DNA from: Dudresnaya verticillata
Taxonomy: Eukaryota
DNA length: 64,000 bases
NCBI GenBank assembly: GCA_977862235.1
Contig: OZ374565.1
Coordinates: 372,001 to 436,000 of the forward strand
Direction: 5' to 3'
Below are positions 12,521 through 24,913 of this stretch, piece by piece. The notes beneath the pieces were generated by a model that was not told where the DNA came from, searched no databases, and was given only the letters and a program-made list of their open reading frames with translations. The first letter of the stretch is position 1; each line of letters starts with the position of its first letter. Both the position numbers and the translations under genes were made by a program.

Positions 12521-14412
12521 TCCGTCCGCAAGTGGTCGTACCCTGCGCGTTACGCGCTCGCTTACTCCACCTCCGGCACCACGCCAAGTTGGCAGGGCAC
12601 CCAGGGGGGCGTAAGTTGTATCATACGCTTCGACGCGAATACTATTGGCCATCGATGCCAGTGGACTGCTATGCGACCGTCCGCAACTGCGTAACCTGCG
12701 CTAAGAATCGCGTATTGCTGCGAAAGAACACCAAGTAATTGAAGTTGTTCCCGGCAACCGAGCCTCTCGAATTCGTATCGATCGACATCCTGGGCGAACT
12801 CATACGCACGAAGCGAGGAAACAAGTTCCTACTCGTCATTGTGGACCGCTTTTCGAAGCTGGTCCGGACGGTCCCACTGCGTAGTATTGCGGCATTGGAA
12901 ATCGCTAAGGCGTTTGTACGAAATTGGGTCTTCGGGTACGGTCCTCCCAAGACATTGTTGTCCGACAACGGACCACAGTTTGTGGCTAAGCTGTTTCAGG
13001 ATATCTGCCGTCTTTTGGGAGTGGAGAATCTCTTCACCACGACGTACCATCCGCAATGCAATGGCCAGGTAGAACGATTCAATCGAACTATCCTGGCCTC
13101 GCTGCATCACTACGTCGCGGATCATCCGAGAGACTGGGACCTGTTCACGGATGCCTTGACGTTCGCATACAACACCCAGTTGCATTCTTCTACGCATCTC
13201 GCTCCGTTTGAATTGGTGCTGTCTAAGCCACCACGGCTATTGTCGCTCGAAGCGGAACCGTCGCTCGAAAGTGTACCCACCGCGGGGCAATACTACACCA
13301 AGTGGCGAACCTGGCTGGCCGCACTGATGGGAGCCGCTAAAGCGTCGTTGGAGAAAACTCAAGCACGTTACAAACGACACTTCGATACCAGATTAAGGAA
13401 ATCGAAGGAAGCAATCGCCATAGGCGACTTCGTATTCGTACGTAAGGAATACTTCGCCCCAGGCGGGAGCACGGATAGCGCAGAGCGTAAGCATAAGCTG
13501 GCACCAGTGGCGGACGGACCATACTGGGTAACTCACGTTGATAACGAGACAGTAACCGTCGACAAGGGACGGGATGAGCGGGAACGTTTGTCCCAAGATC
13601 GCGTGGTCTGGGCGCCGACCCCACCGGGTCAGGCGGCCCCTCCAATCGTCGTACCACCAGGCCCGCCTGAGGAGCAGGGAGCAGTCGCCCCCACGTCACA
13701 CGACGAAGGGATGACTACCCCAAGCACGCCGCCAGCGGACCCGGAAGAGGACGCAGACACTTCGCATACTGCGAGAGATCCGCAAGAGCGTACGATCGCA
13801 GCGTCACGCAGTCGTGGGTTGGCAGAGCGTTCGCCCTTCGCCGCCGATCCCGACGACCGCGCTTCGCAATCCGTCTCCAACGACGACAGTACCCCAGGGG
13901 TTCGCACCCGTTTGGAACACGTCGCTACGGCACCGCCGAATGAGAACAATGACTCAGCTGAAAGCGCGTCCGATAACGAAGACGTTAACCGTGCAAGCAC
14001 GAAGCAAGGCGCTGCAAGCGATGAAATCGTCTCAAGACGCAACAACCCACTGGCCGCTGATCGAGCGTCCGAGGCCCAAGGCCAACGCCTTCGGCGATCA
14101 ACTCGTCGAGTACGCTTGGCCGAACCGGAACAGACGCCCATCACGCAACGAGACAAACCGCCAAAGGCGCTGGACAGGCCCACGTCCAAGCCGAACGCTG
14201 TGAGCGGAAAATAATACATGATTGAACGCATCGAGTCGCACGCGTACGCGGATGATGATGAGATCCTCTACCGCGTCAAGTGGTTTGGATACCCCGCTTC
14301 AGCGAACACCTGGGAGCCAGTCTACAGTTTTCCGCGATCCCACGTCACACGATACCACCGTCGAAAACGTACGCAGCTACCGCCAAACGTCGACGACGCG
14401 GAGCGCGGCTAA
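12521..14412 (+). pseudogene. Gypsy integrase with chromodomain, 5'-truncated, two in-frame TAA stops
   Basis: HHCC finger (HHAKLAGHPG...CVTC), DDE core (SIDIL, SDNG, VERFN), GPY motif, and chromodomain IERIESH...YRVKWFGYPASANTWEP. Stops at 12736-38 and 14212-14. Confidence 0.92.
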
Positions 14413-15418
14413 CCCTAATCCGGAAATACCGCTGGAAGCGAATGGACGGACGATCGAGACCGCGTGTTCGACCTACGATCGCCAAAGGCGCGGAAGCGCA
14501 ACCCATAGCCTGTGGACGCGGTCGCCAGAGCGACAGCGCCAAACACGTGTGCACACCATGGACGAACGCGGACGCAAGTCGTTGCGTCATAGACAGCCTC
14601 TCGCACGCCACCTCGCAGCAGCCCCAATACGGAACCTCTGGATGGGTGCGCTGTTGACAGTGGATCCAGATCGCAAATCGAGATCCACCACCGGCGCCCC
14701 TCAGGTAATAGGAGGCAGTAGTTGGTCAAATTTTAATTTCCAAACACGGCAGCGCGCACCACCCCGCCGTCAACGCACGACGAACGCAATCATGCCAAGT
14801 GGCTGATCAGGTGCTACAAGCCCCAGCGACGACAGGCTCAAGTGGCAGCGCACAACAACCGTCTCCGACGTCGAGACGTGCACTCGCCCCACGGCCAAGT
14901 CCCTGGGACCGCCACCCTGCCGGCCACGGTCTCGCGCGCAAGCACCCGTCGAACGTCTCCGACGTATCTTGCCGGAGAAGGGGCGCACCGACAAACCCAC
15001 CCCCGAAGGGGGGGAAGATGGTTGAAGACGCATTTGCTGTGGGTTCCGTGCACGACGCGCCAACAAATCGCCAACGACTCCACCGCTGCCCGTGGCCGCC
15101 GCGGTCGCAGTCGCGCGAGCGCGACCGACAACTCTACCCTACCCCCAAGAAGGAACGTCGAAGACGAAAGGGGCGGCAACGCTAAGGCGTCAACACCTAC
15201 CTCACCGCCTTCGCGACCCTCGTTGAGGACGCCGACAAACCACGCCTAAGGCGCAGTGCGACACATGCATTATAAAAACGCTAAGTAAGCGGAAATACAC
15301 CAACGCCGCACGTGAAACACGAAGAAAAACGCTACTACAGTGGACACTACCAGCCAAACACAGCCGCAGCGCAACGCACGGCCAAGGCTAAAGGCATCAA
15401 ACGCCAACGCTACGGTAG

Positions 15419-17337
15419 CATGCCGCGCTATATCGTCCTAGACGCTTCCCGGCTGGCGCACACCTGCGCCATCCCAGGATATACCGTCTCAAACGTTTTC
15501 CGGATGGCGCACACCCGCGCCATGCCGCACAATATCGTCACAGACGTTTTCCGGCTGGGCCGCACCCGCGCCATGCCGCGCCATATCGTCAAAGACGCAA
15601 CCGCACGCATTAGCGTTTTTCATACCATCCCTGACGATCACGCCCGCCGATGGCGGTTCACTGCACGCCGCGCCGAACGTAAGAGCCCCCGACGCATGAC
15701 TGGTGCGCTCCGCCTTACAGACGAATGGCCTGTGCACAAGGAAATCAAGCGCTAATTGGTGCGCTTCAGCTTACACCCAAATTGGATGGTGATTGGTGCG
15801 CTTCGCCCCGCGCGCAAATTGGACACTCATTGGTGCGCTTGAGCTTACAGGCACGTGACCTGTGCGCCAGGAAATTGAACGCCCATTGGTGCGCTTCGCC
15901 TTACACCCAAATTGCGCGCTCATTGGTGCGCTTCGCGCTGCACGCAAATTGGACGTTGATTGGTGCGCTTGGGCTTACAGGCACGTGACCTGCGCACACC
16001 CAAATTGAGCGCTCATTGGTGCGCTTCACGCCGCACGCAAATTGAACGCTGATTGGTGCGCTTCTGCATGCCGTCAAAATTTATCGTTTATTTATGCGCG
16101 TGGACGCCCGGCTACTGCGCAGCGCTGGTAGCCGCCCTACACGGGGATAACCGTCTTGGACGTTCTACCACCGGTGACCTCGGAGCCCTGGGCACACCGC
16201 TACTAGTGAATTGCTCAAGTCGTCTTATGACGGGAAACTCGGCAACGCCGCACGTCCTTGAGGGGAATGGAAGTGACATAACCACGGCACGGCCGGTAAT
16301 AATACGTTCCTCACGAATTTGCTTCGCGTGTTCGCGTTTTGGAAGGGGGCCATATGGTGCAAATTATCCAACGCCGCTGGCGCTCTGTACCGTCCTAGAC
16401 GGATAGCTCCCGTCTTTGACGTTTCTACCGCCTTTGGCGACTGGGATTGAGCTCGAGGCGCGAACCCGCTCGTGATCCCTGTTTCCGCCGATGGCGCTAG
16501 TCATTCGACTTTGTCGGGCAACTTGGTCAAGAACCAGACCTCCCGCTCACAGCGGATAGTGACGGCAATGTCGGGTTGAGAGAACGCGTGAGGTGTAGTT
16601 ACTGGGTCACGCTGCTGCGACCCGTGGCATACTTGCACACGTGGCACGTGTCACAGGGCAGCGGAGGACAATGGGACCAAGAGTCTGTAAGCGCGGTGCG
16701 TGAACACGTGTAGGTGTAAGCATTAGCGCGGCGCGCGCGGTGGCGTGGGCAAACGTGTCAGGCGCGCGGCTGCATTCCGAGGGCGCTTGTCACACGCACG
16801 ACGGAACGACACGTGTCCTGAGTTCCCGCGCGCCGCAGCGCCACCGCCGTCGCCCACGCAGCAGTAGTAATACTTAGGTAACCCGTCTAGGACGTCCCAG
16901 TAAACCCCGGCAAGCCGGTATGCCTTCACACTTCGCCCCTTCGCTCGTTAGCGTCACTGCCGCTACCGACGTTGGCTACGCGTTGCGACGATCGCGCTTC
17001 CGCGTCAATGTCCGTCTTTGACGTGTATCCCCTTTTGTTTTCCCCCTTTATGGCCTTGGTAGCCGAATGCCCCTTCCCGCTAGTGTGTGCGTCGCCACCG
17101 CTTCCGTTAGGCAAAGCGTCGGTACCACCGTCCCTCCACGTGCAACACCGTCGTTGACGTGTTTCCATTTCCGTCTTGTCTCGTTTCTTTGGTTTAGATC
17201 TACCTACCGCCCAGGGAGTTTACAGTCCGCCTTGTGGCGTTGTCCATGCTCTACCACCCCTACCGTCTCTGACGTGCTACCCGCCGGGTCTCGAACTGCC
17301 CGGGCATGTTTTTCCGTCCTAGACGTTTTGCACCACA
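15419..17337 (+). mobile_element. 3' part of element D: interior, PPT (16341-16349) and LTR 16353..17337
   Basis: GGAAGGGGG, then TATGGTGCAAA...TTTTGCACCACA (985 bp; TG start mutated to TA). Confidence 0.85.
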
Positions 17338-17777
17338 TCTGACACGTCGTCGTCGCCATGCAGCCGCGCGCGCGGGAGCTCAGGAGTAGCTTACAGGCGC
17401 ATGCGTGTAGCATTGTGGGTGATCCGGATTCGGATCCAGATCCCTACCAGCATTGCTGGCGCGCGGCCATTACAGGCGCGCTCCTTACATCACTGTGGAT
17501 CCCGATGCCGGATCCCGATGTCCCATCCGGATCCGATCCGGATCCGGGCCAGGGTTACAGGCGTGCGCCTTGCGCCTGGCCGATCCGGATCGTGCATCTG
17601 GATCTGGCCGTACAGTGGGCGCGTGCGCCGCGCCGGGTAACGGCGGCCGTATGCCCGTGGGCCAACCGTCCATGACGTGTTCGCTCGCCAACGGCGGTCG
17701 ACGTGCCGTCAGTAGACGTTGGTATATAATACGCTCACAGAGAAAAAGGGGCAGCCCTCCCCTTGCACTACAAGCAC

Positions 17778-20460
17778 GTGTTTCGCCTCCCTGGATTTCG
17801 TGTCGGGTTATTGGCAGCTTCCACCGCATCCCGACTCCTACACCGCGTGTGGCGTCATCACACCGCGCGGGGTAATGATATCAAAACGCGTGTTGGATGA
17901 TCTGGCGAACGCCCTGGCTTTTTCCAGAGCTCGGTCGAGCCTCTATTCGCCAGCCTGCGTGATTTTCTGAAGGCATGGCTGGACGATTTCAGCCTTCACG
18001 CCCCATCCCAGGAGATTCTTTTGGACAATCTCGAGATTTTTCTCTGCATTTGTAAGGAGAAGAGATTGTGGCTTTCCGCACGGAAATGCAAACTCTTTCG
18101 CAAGAAACTTCGCTGGTACGGTCGCATTGTGTCTGGAGAAGGGTACACACTCGACCCCACACGTCTTTCGGGTTTGCAAGAAATGGGAACCCCGAAGACT
18201 GCGGAAGAACTTGCGCAGTTCATCTACTGCTATCGCTGGATGTCGCTCGCCATCCCCGACTTCGCGCGCCGCATCGCGCCGCTCAACAACATCTGGGAAG
18301 AGGCGTACGCCAAATCTGGAAGCGTACGAAGAGATCTATCCGCACGATCGCGCTCAGTAACCTGTCTTGGGGGTCCCCGCATGAGAAGGCATTTCTCGAT
18401 CTTCAAGACAGCCTACGGACCGCTGTCACCCTCTCTTATCCGGATCCGGACAAAGCTATTTGCGTATTCACCGATGCGTCCGAACGGTTCTGGTCTGTCG
18501 TTGCCACGCAGTGCGACGAATTAGATCTGAAGAAGCCGGTCGGCGAACAGAAGCATGAACCCCTCGCATTTTTGGGTTCCCAGTTTACAGGCGCATCGTT
18601 GAACTGGTATACCTTCGAGAAAGAAGGATTCGCGGTGTTCCAGACCTTTGAGAAACTCGACTACATGCTGCTTGGTCACGCGCGTACTCACGCGTTCACG
18701 GATCATCGAAATCTAATGTTCGTGTTCGCACCTCTTGCGCTGGAACCAGCTCTTGGAAGGCACATTGTCTCAAAAGTTCAACGTTGGGCTCTGTACTTGT
18801 CCAAGTTCAGCTACGTCATTGAGCACATCAAGGGAGAAGAAAATGTGTTTGCAGATATTCTTACTCGCTGGGTCAAGGGCTACCGCAACGAGAAGTCAAT
18901 GCTATGCAGCGTTATACTCGGAGAAGCTGAACAGCTCATCCCTGCCGCCGACGCAATTGTCTGGCCGGATATCGAAGTGATTCGCGACTCACAAGCGTCT
19001 CACACACGCACTGAAGGAGTACTCCTTGACGAGGATGACAGATTGTGGAAGAAAAGAAATCTCTTCTAGATTCCGAAGGAGGACCTCGAACTCAAGCTCA
19101 CAGTAATTGTGTGTTCACACTGTGGTACAATCGGACACCGAGGTATGGATGCAACCAAGAGCATCATACTCGAGAACTTTTGGTGGGAGACCAAGAAGGA
19201 GGATGTCGACGAGTTGGTTCGCGGATGCCTACACTGCATCGTAACTCGTACGGGGGAGATCGTCCCGAGACCGCTCGGACACGCTCTGCACGGCGAACGC
19301 CCTAATGAAGTTGTCCACGCCGATTTCCTTTCCATGGGTCAAGGTGTGGACGAGAAGAAATACGTCCTCATCATACGGGACGACTTGTCCTCGTAAATCT
19401 GGCTTTGGCCAACAGACGAGGCGGACGCCAACGCTGCCGCTGCTGTCCTGAACTCCTGGGTTGGCAGCTTTAGTTCTATGGATTGGCTGGTCAGCGATCA
19501 GGGCTCCCATTTCAAGAACAAACTACGCAAGGAGATGGTGGAAGAACTGCGTTCGCAACATCATTTCACCACGGCTTATTCTCCGTGGGCGAACGGTTCC
19601 GTCGAGAGAGTTTGCCGCGAAGTCCTTCGTGCGTGCCGCGCGCTGCTCAGCGAATGGAAGCTATCGCCGAAGGATTGGCCTACAGTAACCGAGTAGAACA
19701 TCATCAATCAAGCTCCGCTTCGGAAGCTCGGCTTCGCGACGTGGAAGTGCCAGGTGTACACCGCACTCCGCTCGAGGTCTTCACAGGACATCGACCTGTG
19801 CGTCCTCTACTGAGAGCCTTACCGAAGAACAAGTACCGGTCGGCCAAAACAATCGAAGAGCTACGCGCACGCGCGCTTCTAAACATTGATCAACTCCAGG
19901 ATGCGTTGTTCAACGTTCATCGAGATGTGAAAGAGATCTCAAGTGCTGCGCGGAAGAGAAAGGTTGACCAACACAACAAGCGCACGAACGTTCACCGCGC
20001 TAACTTCATCGAAGGCGACTTTGTCCTCGTTCATCGCGCTCAGCCCGGTGGACACATGCTGAAATTGGTTTGGCGAGGACCTCGCCGCGTCACACAAGTC
20101 CGTTCGGAATGGGTCTTCGAGATACAGAACCTCATAACGGACAAAAGGGAAGTGGTGCACGCGCGCCGCTTACACCTTTACCGCTCGGATATGGATGGCA
20201 AGGAAGTCCTTCCTGCACTGCTTAAAGCTGCGGAGCACTCCGAGACAAGCTACCAGATTGCCGAACAAATACGCGGCATCAGCGAAGTTGATGGGAACTC
20301 CAGATTCACTTGGAGTGGAGTGGGCTCCCCGATGAGGTCGACTGGACCTGGGAAACCTTTCGCCAAGTCTTCGAGGACATGCCTGGACTGCTCGAAGATT
20401 TTCTCCACACTGCCGGGACCCGCAGTCTCAAACGACGCGCGCTCGCGCAATGCAATTTCT
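17778..20460 (+). pseudogene. pol: Element A RT, RNase H, integrase and degenerate chromo-like tail
   Basis: ASLDFVSGYWQL, WLDDF, FTDASE, EKEG, TDHRNL, HCGTIGHRG/CLHC, HADF, SDQG and VERV motifs, with several frameshifts and stops. Confidence 0.93.
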
Positions 20461-20506
20461 CGTAACCAAGCTTCTTTGTTCACGCTGAACAGAAGCTTGG
20501 GGGCAC

Positions 20507-21116
20507 TGTTACACATAGCGCTCGCACTGTTTGGGAGCACTCCCTACAATGGGATCCCAAAGCGCACACGCGACGCTGCAGGGTAATTCCCTAGAATGGG
20601 AGCCTGCTGGGGAACGCACTGCTGAACAATGGCAGACCCCACGGCCGATCATGGCTATCGCGCACAGACCTGGTGAACCTGCACAAGGCAGAACTGCCGG
20701 TCTGACAAGGCGAATTTGCGTCCCTTCGGACAACCCTCTACATCTTATTGGCTAACTCTCAGGGTCCCCTAACAACAGGATTCAGACCTGAATGACTTTC
20801 CGTCCGTCCCCGACCCTCTGTGGGACGGCGGGTGTGAACACATCCACCTGTTCAGGTCTATCTGACTTGGAGCGGATCCCGCGAGCATGCGGGCCACAAA
20901 TACTGTGGGTCGCTTTGAGCCGTCCGGCTGTAGAAATAATAAAGGCAGCACGCTGGCGTCGAACGACGACGACGAGGGACAACACACCACTCCTCATCCA
21001 CGCCGTGACTTTGCCTTCCACTTTGCCAACCCCAACTTTCTCTCTACCGACCTTTTACTTTTCCTTTTCGCGTTCGCGATCTACTGCTTCGAAGGCAAAA
21101 GCGGTTACGCGTCACA
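20507..21116 (+). repeat. 3' LTR of element A
   Basis: Direct repeat of 3866..4475. Confidence 0.95.
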
Positions 21117-22582
21117 AGAGCAATGAGGAAGCGATGATTCTTTTTAATGAATGTGTACGGTGGTCTTATGCGTGGGGCTGTTCCCGACAGGCAAGCATAC
21201 CGGTGGGGTTTGGGTCTATCCTATGGAAGGGTTTGAGTTATGTGAGAACCTAAAGGGTTTTTTGGGGGACCCGAAAGGGTAAAATCGTGCCTGCAGGCGT
21301 CTCGGATGGACGAGATTGCACCGACGATGGCGCAGAGATTACATGCGCCAAGTGATGGTAGCGAAAGGGCTTTCAGAGACTGGGCCAGGATTTGGGCTTC
21401 TTCGTCGAAAAATGGGTACCGAGGCGGGATGAGGAACGTCCAGACGTGCCACTGATTTCCGCTTTCCTCCTCTGCGGTTCGACAACTTCAAGACAGGTGC
21501 TAACCGGTTTGCAGAGTACACAGGGCCAGGGAATCGCCCAGATAATTCCGCAAACCATTCTTGTAGCAGCGCTTCGCGCAATTCCCTCTGCGCTCCTGTG
21601 TGTCGGGGTGCTTGGCACCAAAAACACGTTGTGTAGTCTTAACAGCAAGTGTTATTTGAGCAAGCCGGGAGATCAGAAGTTTTGCTACGTCAACAAGGTT
21701 TCGTAACCCGCGCGCATCATAGTGTCATAGTGCCCTAAAACGTATGCTGAGCGTTAGAAAAGGATGTCCGATGCGGAAGAGGTCCCTGAGATCCTGCTAA
21801 CGTGTGGCAGTGGTAACAAAATTGCCGTCAGGAACGCAAAAGCTGCTCTAGAAGTCACTCAGAGGGACACAGGTGTAGAGAAACCTCGGGGTAGAGGACA
21901 GGAGTCCGTCTACAGTACGTTTAATGTGGTGAAGTGGGGTCGGCTGCGTACGAGCGCAGATGAAGTGCCTAGATACGCAGGGTAGTGTGCAATCGCAAGC
22001 GTAGGTTCAGATGCCGCAGGTCTTCACTTAGGCTGAAATGTATAGGACTATTGCCGATTGGCATCACAACACTTTACGTATGTGTACAGACGGACCTACG
22101 CTGTATAGCGACTAACTTACCCAAGAGCCGGCAGCTCACACTGTTGCTCAGTCAGCAGTGGCTGCGACGCTTCCCCGGCTCGGGTTCACGGAGAGCGCCT
22201 CTGGGTGGCGCTTCGGCCAAAAGACACAGCCAATCATGGCGGTTTACACTTACGGTGCCGTCACGAAACGCAAACCGCGAAGCTCCGCACCAATTACAAA
22301 GCGGAGCGCCGCTTAACATTAATTTTGTGCACTCTACAGTACGCACTGTACTCTAATTTATGGGAAAATTCCCCCGGTCAAGGACACGCGATGGACTCCG
22401 CGATAAGTTAGAGCGAGGATGGTATGCCGCGGCACGGAGGGGAAGGGTATTCGGTCAATGCAAAGTTTACTTAGGCGTTACAACGCGGAAAGGTCCACTA
22501 GCTAATCGGGCGCTCCCCCACTCACACCAATCTACTATCCCTAGGGAGCGTCCGATGCGAGCACTACAATGAGGAAATGACG

Positions 22583-24913
22583 TCAGTCCGAGTCAGAGTC
22601 CATTAGGTCAATGACTTCGTTTGGGCGCAACGGCGGATTCGCAACGGGGCCTTGCCCTGGCATCATGGTCACGCGACGGACCTCGCGTACCATGCGACGA
22701 CCGCGGCCGCGCCGAGCTCCGACTCCCCGCGCCGTAACTTCACCACCCGCCTCGCTAGGCCCGGCATCTCCATCGCCAGACGGCGCGTCACCCTCCTGGA
22801 CACCCATGTCCTCTTCCTAGAGCTCCTCCTTGAGCAGCAGCTCCGTCTTGACAATAACCTCTTGCGGCTCAGCCGCCGCCGGGGGAGATTCAACGGCGTT
22901 AGCAGGAAGGGTCAGCTCGAGTTGCAAACCATGGCCAGCGGGCACTTCTGGCACGGGTAGGTTGACCGTTACCTCCATGGGTGAAGAAGTCGGGGCGCTC
23001 TCCTCAACGGCTCCTACCGCCAGCTGCGAAGCTGCAGCGGTTGGAGAATTGGTATGCGGACCCGAGGTAGCGACGGAAGACCCTTCACGCGGAACAGCGG
23101 ATGTATCGGCAAGCGTGCCCTCGCGCGGATCCGCACCCTGTCTACCACCGACTGGTGCCACGGGAGCACCCATACTTGGCAGCGAAACAGCGCGACGGTC
23201 TTGATGACCCAAGCCCAAACGGGAACGGCGCTGAAGTCGCGGGTCTCTTGAAACGGAAGCGGAAGCTGAGGCGCTCGGCGCGCTCGCCGCAGCTGAAGGA
23301 TCTGCCACAGCGGAACCCAACACACTCGGCGCGCTCGCCGCAGCCGAAGGACCTGGAGCCACGGCACTCGTCGGAGCTTCCTGAGCCTGCTCCGACTCCA
23401 CGACGGTCTGCTGACCGATAGGCGGAAGCGCGGCTAACGACGCCTTCAACGCCTCGATGGGCCCCGGTGAGCTCACCCAGTTCGACTCATAGTTGCAAAG
23501 GACGTCTTCGACCCAATCCGCGAGACTGTAGAGAGTCAGATGGGTCACCTCCCAATGGACAGCCAAGCGGATGGCGAGACCTCGACGGTTGAATAAGTCC
23601 CGAATGGCGGCATCAGCCCTTGCGACGTTTCGCACTCTGGGTGCGTACGGACCCTGGGGCTGTCCCGACACAGTAGTGTCCATCGGCGGCACGTCAGCCG
23701 GAGTCGCGGGAGCCTCGCCGGAAGCACTATGCCAGTCTTCGGTGTAACCAGTCATGCGCTCACCGGTGTCAACGAGAAGCGTCTCACCTTCGGCGGGTTG
23801 CGGTTGCAGCAGATACTACGGTAGGAGAGGGTGCCACTGCACCGGGTCGAAGTCGACCCAATCACCACGGTCGTACACCGGCGTCACAAACCCGGTATCC
23901 TCCGGAAGGTAGCGATTGCGCTTGCTCACACGACTCCAACGAATGCGTTCGACGAACACGAGGAGCGCCTCCAAATCCGTAGCGTCGACAGCTGTCGTGG
24001 TGAGTAGGCCAATTCCAAGTCCCCGGATCTCGGTGCGCAGACGTGCGTTGATGTAATACAAGTACCCCCGACGGGCTTCATACATGAAGGTCTGCGCCAC
24101 CATCACCACCCATTCGCTACGGAAGATCATCCACAAGAGGCCATGATGATAGCTTTCGTGCATCATATCAAGGCCTCTATACGCCACGACTGGGGGTGTG
24201 CCGACAGGCATGGAGTAGGAAACTTCGTACTCACGATGATCCGTGGGAATAGGGACGTACTTCCCCGTGTAGAACTCGGGCTTGATGGCCACCACTTCTT
24301 GGCAGTGCGCCGGCACGAAGCACCCGGTCCGATGACGATGACGACGCTCGAAGCGAAGGAGCTCGCGAGACATCACTGTCTGCGGATTGTCCAATGCGTA
24401 CTTGAAGTTGGACGTCTCGTCCCACCACGTAATGCGCGCCATCGTGAATGGATAGTTATCCCGACCGGGGCGGATGAGTGGTCGTTCAAAAGCGACCAAC
24501 TCCAGGCTGTAGCCTCCCTTCGCGTGGAACTCAATCAGCTCCGGCATGGACTCCATGAAGGCTTGAGAGTGGTGCTCCACGTAACGTTGCTCGAAGAGGA
24601 TGCGCACCATCGCGAGGTCCCACTTGTGGTTCGTTGGCAACGGCGGAAGCGCGATATTGGTCCCTCGCAGGATACCAATTCGCTCACGAATGAGAAACTC
24701 CCACGAGCGGGCTTGAGCGCGATGACGGCCATAACGGCGGATATCTTCACGACGCGCACCGGCGGTGGCCCGAATATGGGTGAGGTCCGTTCGGAGCAGC
24801 CAGTCGCGGCTCTTCGTGATAGACAAAGGCACACCTGCCGCATCAACGCCAAACCCGAGGACAGCCGAGCTAGAGCCCGCCTGCCCATACGGGAGGTTGG
24901 GAGTCGTCGCCAT
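22583..24913 (-). pseudogene. Antisense accessory ORF of element E (about 776 codons, two in-frame TAG stops), unknown protein
   Basis: ORFs 23816..24913, 22817..23755 and 22583..22807 share one frame. Globular-looking N-half, low-complexity C-half, C-terminus EVIDLMDSDSD. Confidence 0.75.

Larger units (their letters stand above)
7394..17772. mobile_element. Composite LTR-derived insertion with 435-bp terminal inverted repeats
   Basis: AGCAC TSD at 7389-7393 / 17773-17777. 7394..7828 is the reverse complement of 17338..17772. Removal restores RT FSGST|CFASLDFVSGYWQL. Confidence 0.93.
3866..21116 (+). mobile_element. Ty3/Gypsy LTR retrotransposon A, defective, with nested insertions
   Basis: Two 610-bp LTRs (TGTTAC...GTCACA), domain order gag-PR-RT-RH-IN, and a G-rich PPT-like tract before 20507. 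Flanks GACAG / AGAGC are not a perfect TSD. Confidence 0.95.
1..22797 (+). repeat. Segmental direct duplication, copy 1 (part visible twice in the window)
   Basis: 1..8728 recurs at 44492..53219 (offset 44491), 15419..21724 at offset 41211, and the remainder at offset 41203. The ORF tracks are almost identical. Confidence 0.97.

Noticed and set aside
12736..14214. Programmed readthrough of the integrase stops
   Set aside because: The TAA stops fall within a 5'-truncated gene, so single-base nonsense mutations are the simpler explanation.
14409..14419. Telomere-like TAACCCTAA
   Set aside because: Only about 1.5 units, overlapping a stop codon.
7394..17772. DIRS or Polinton/Maverick element
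   Set aside because: No tyrosine recombinase, DNA polymerase B, ATPase or capsid. The TSD is 5 bp and the arms are LTR pieces with a PBS.
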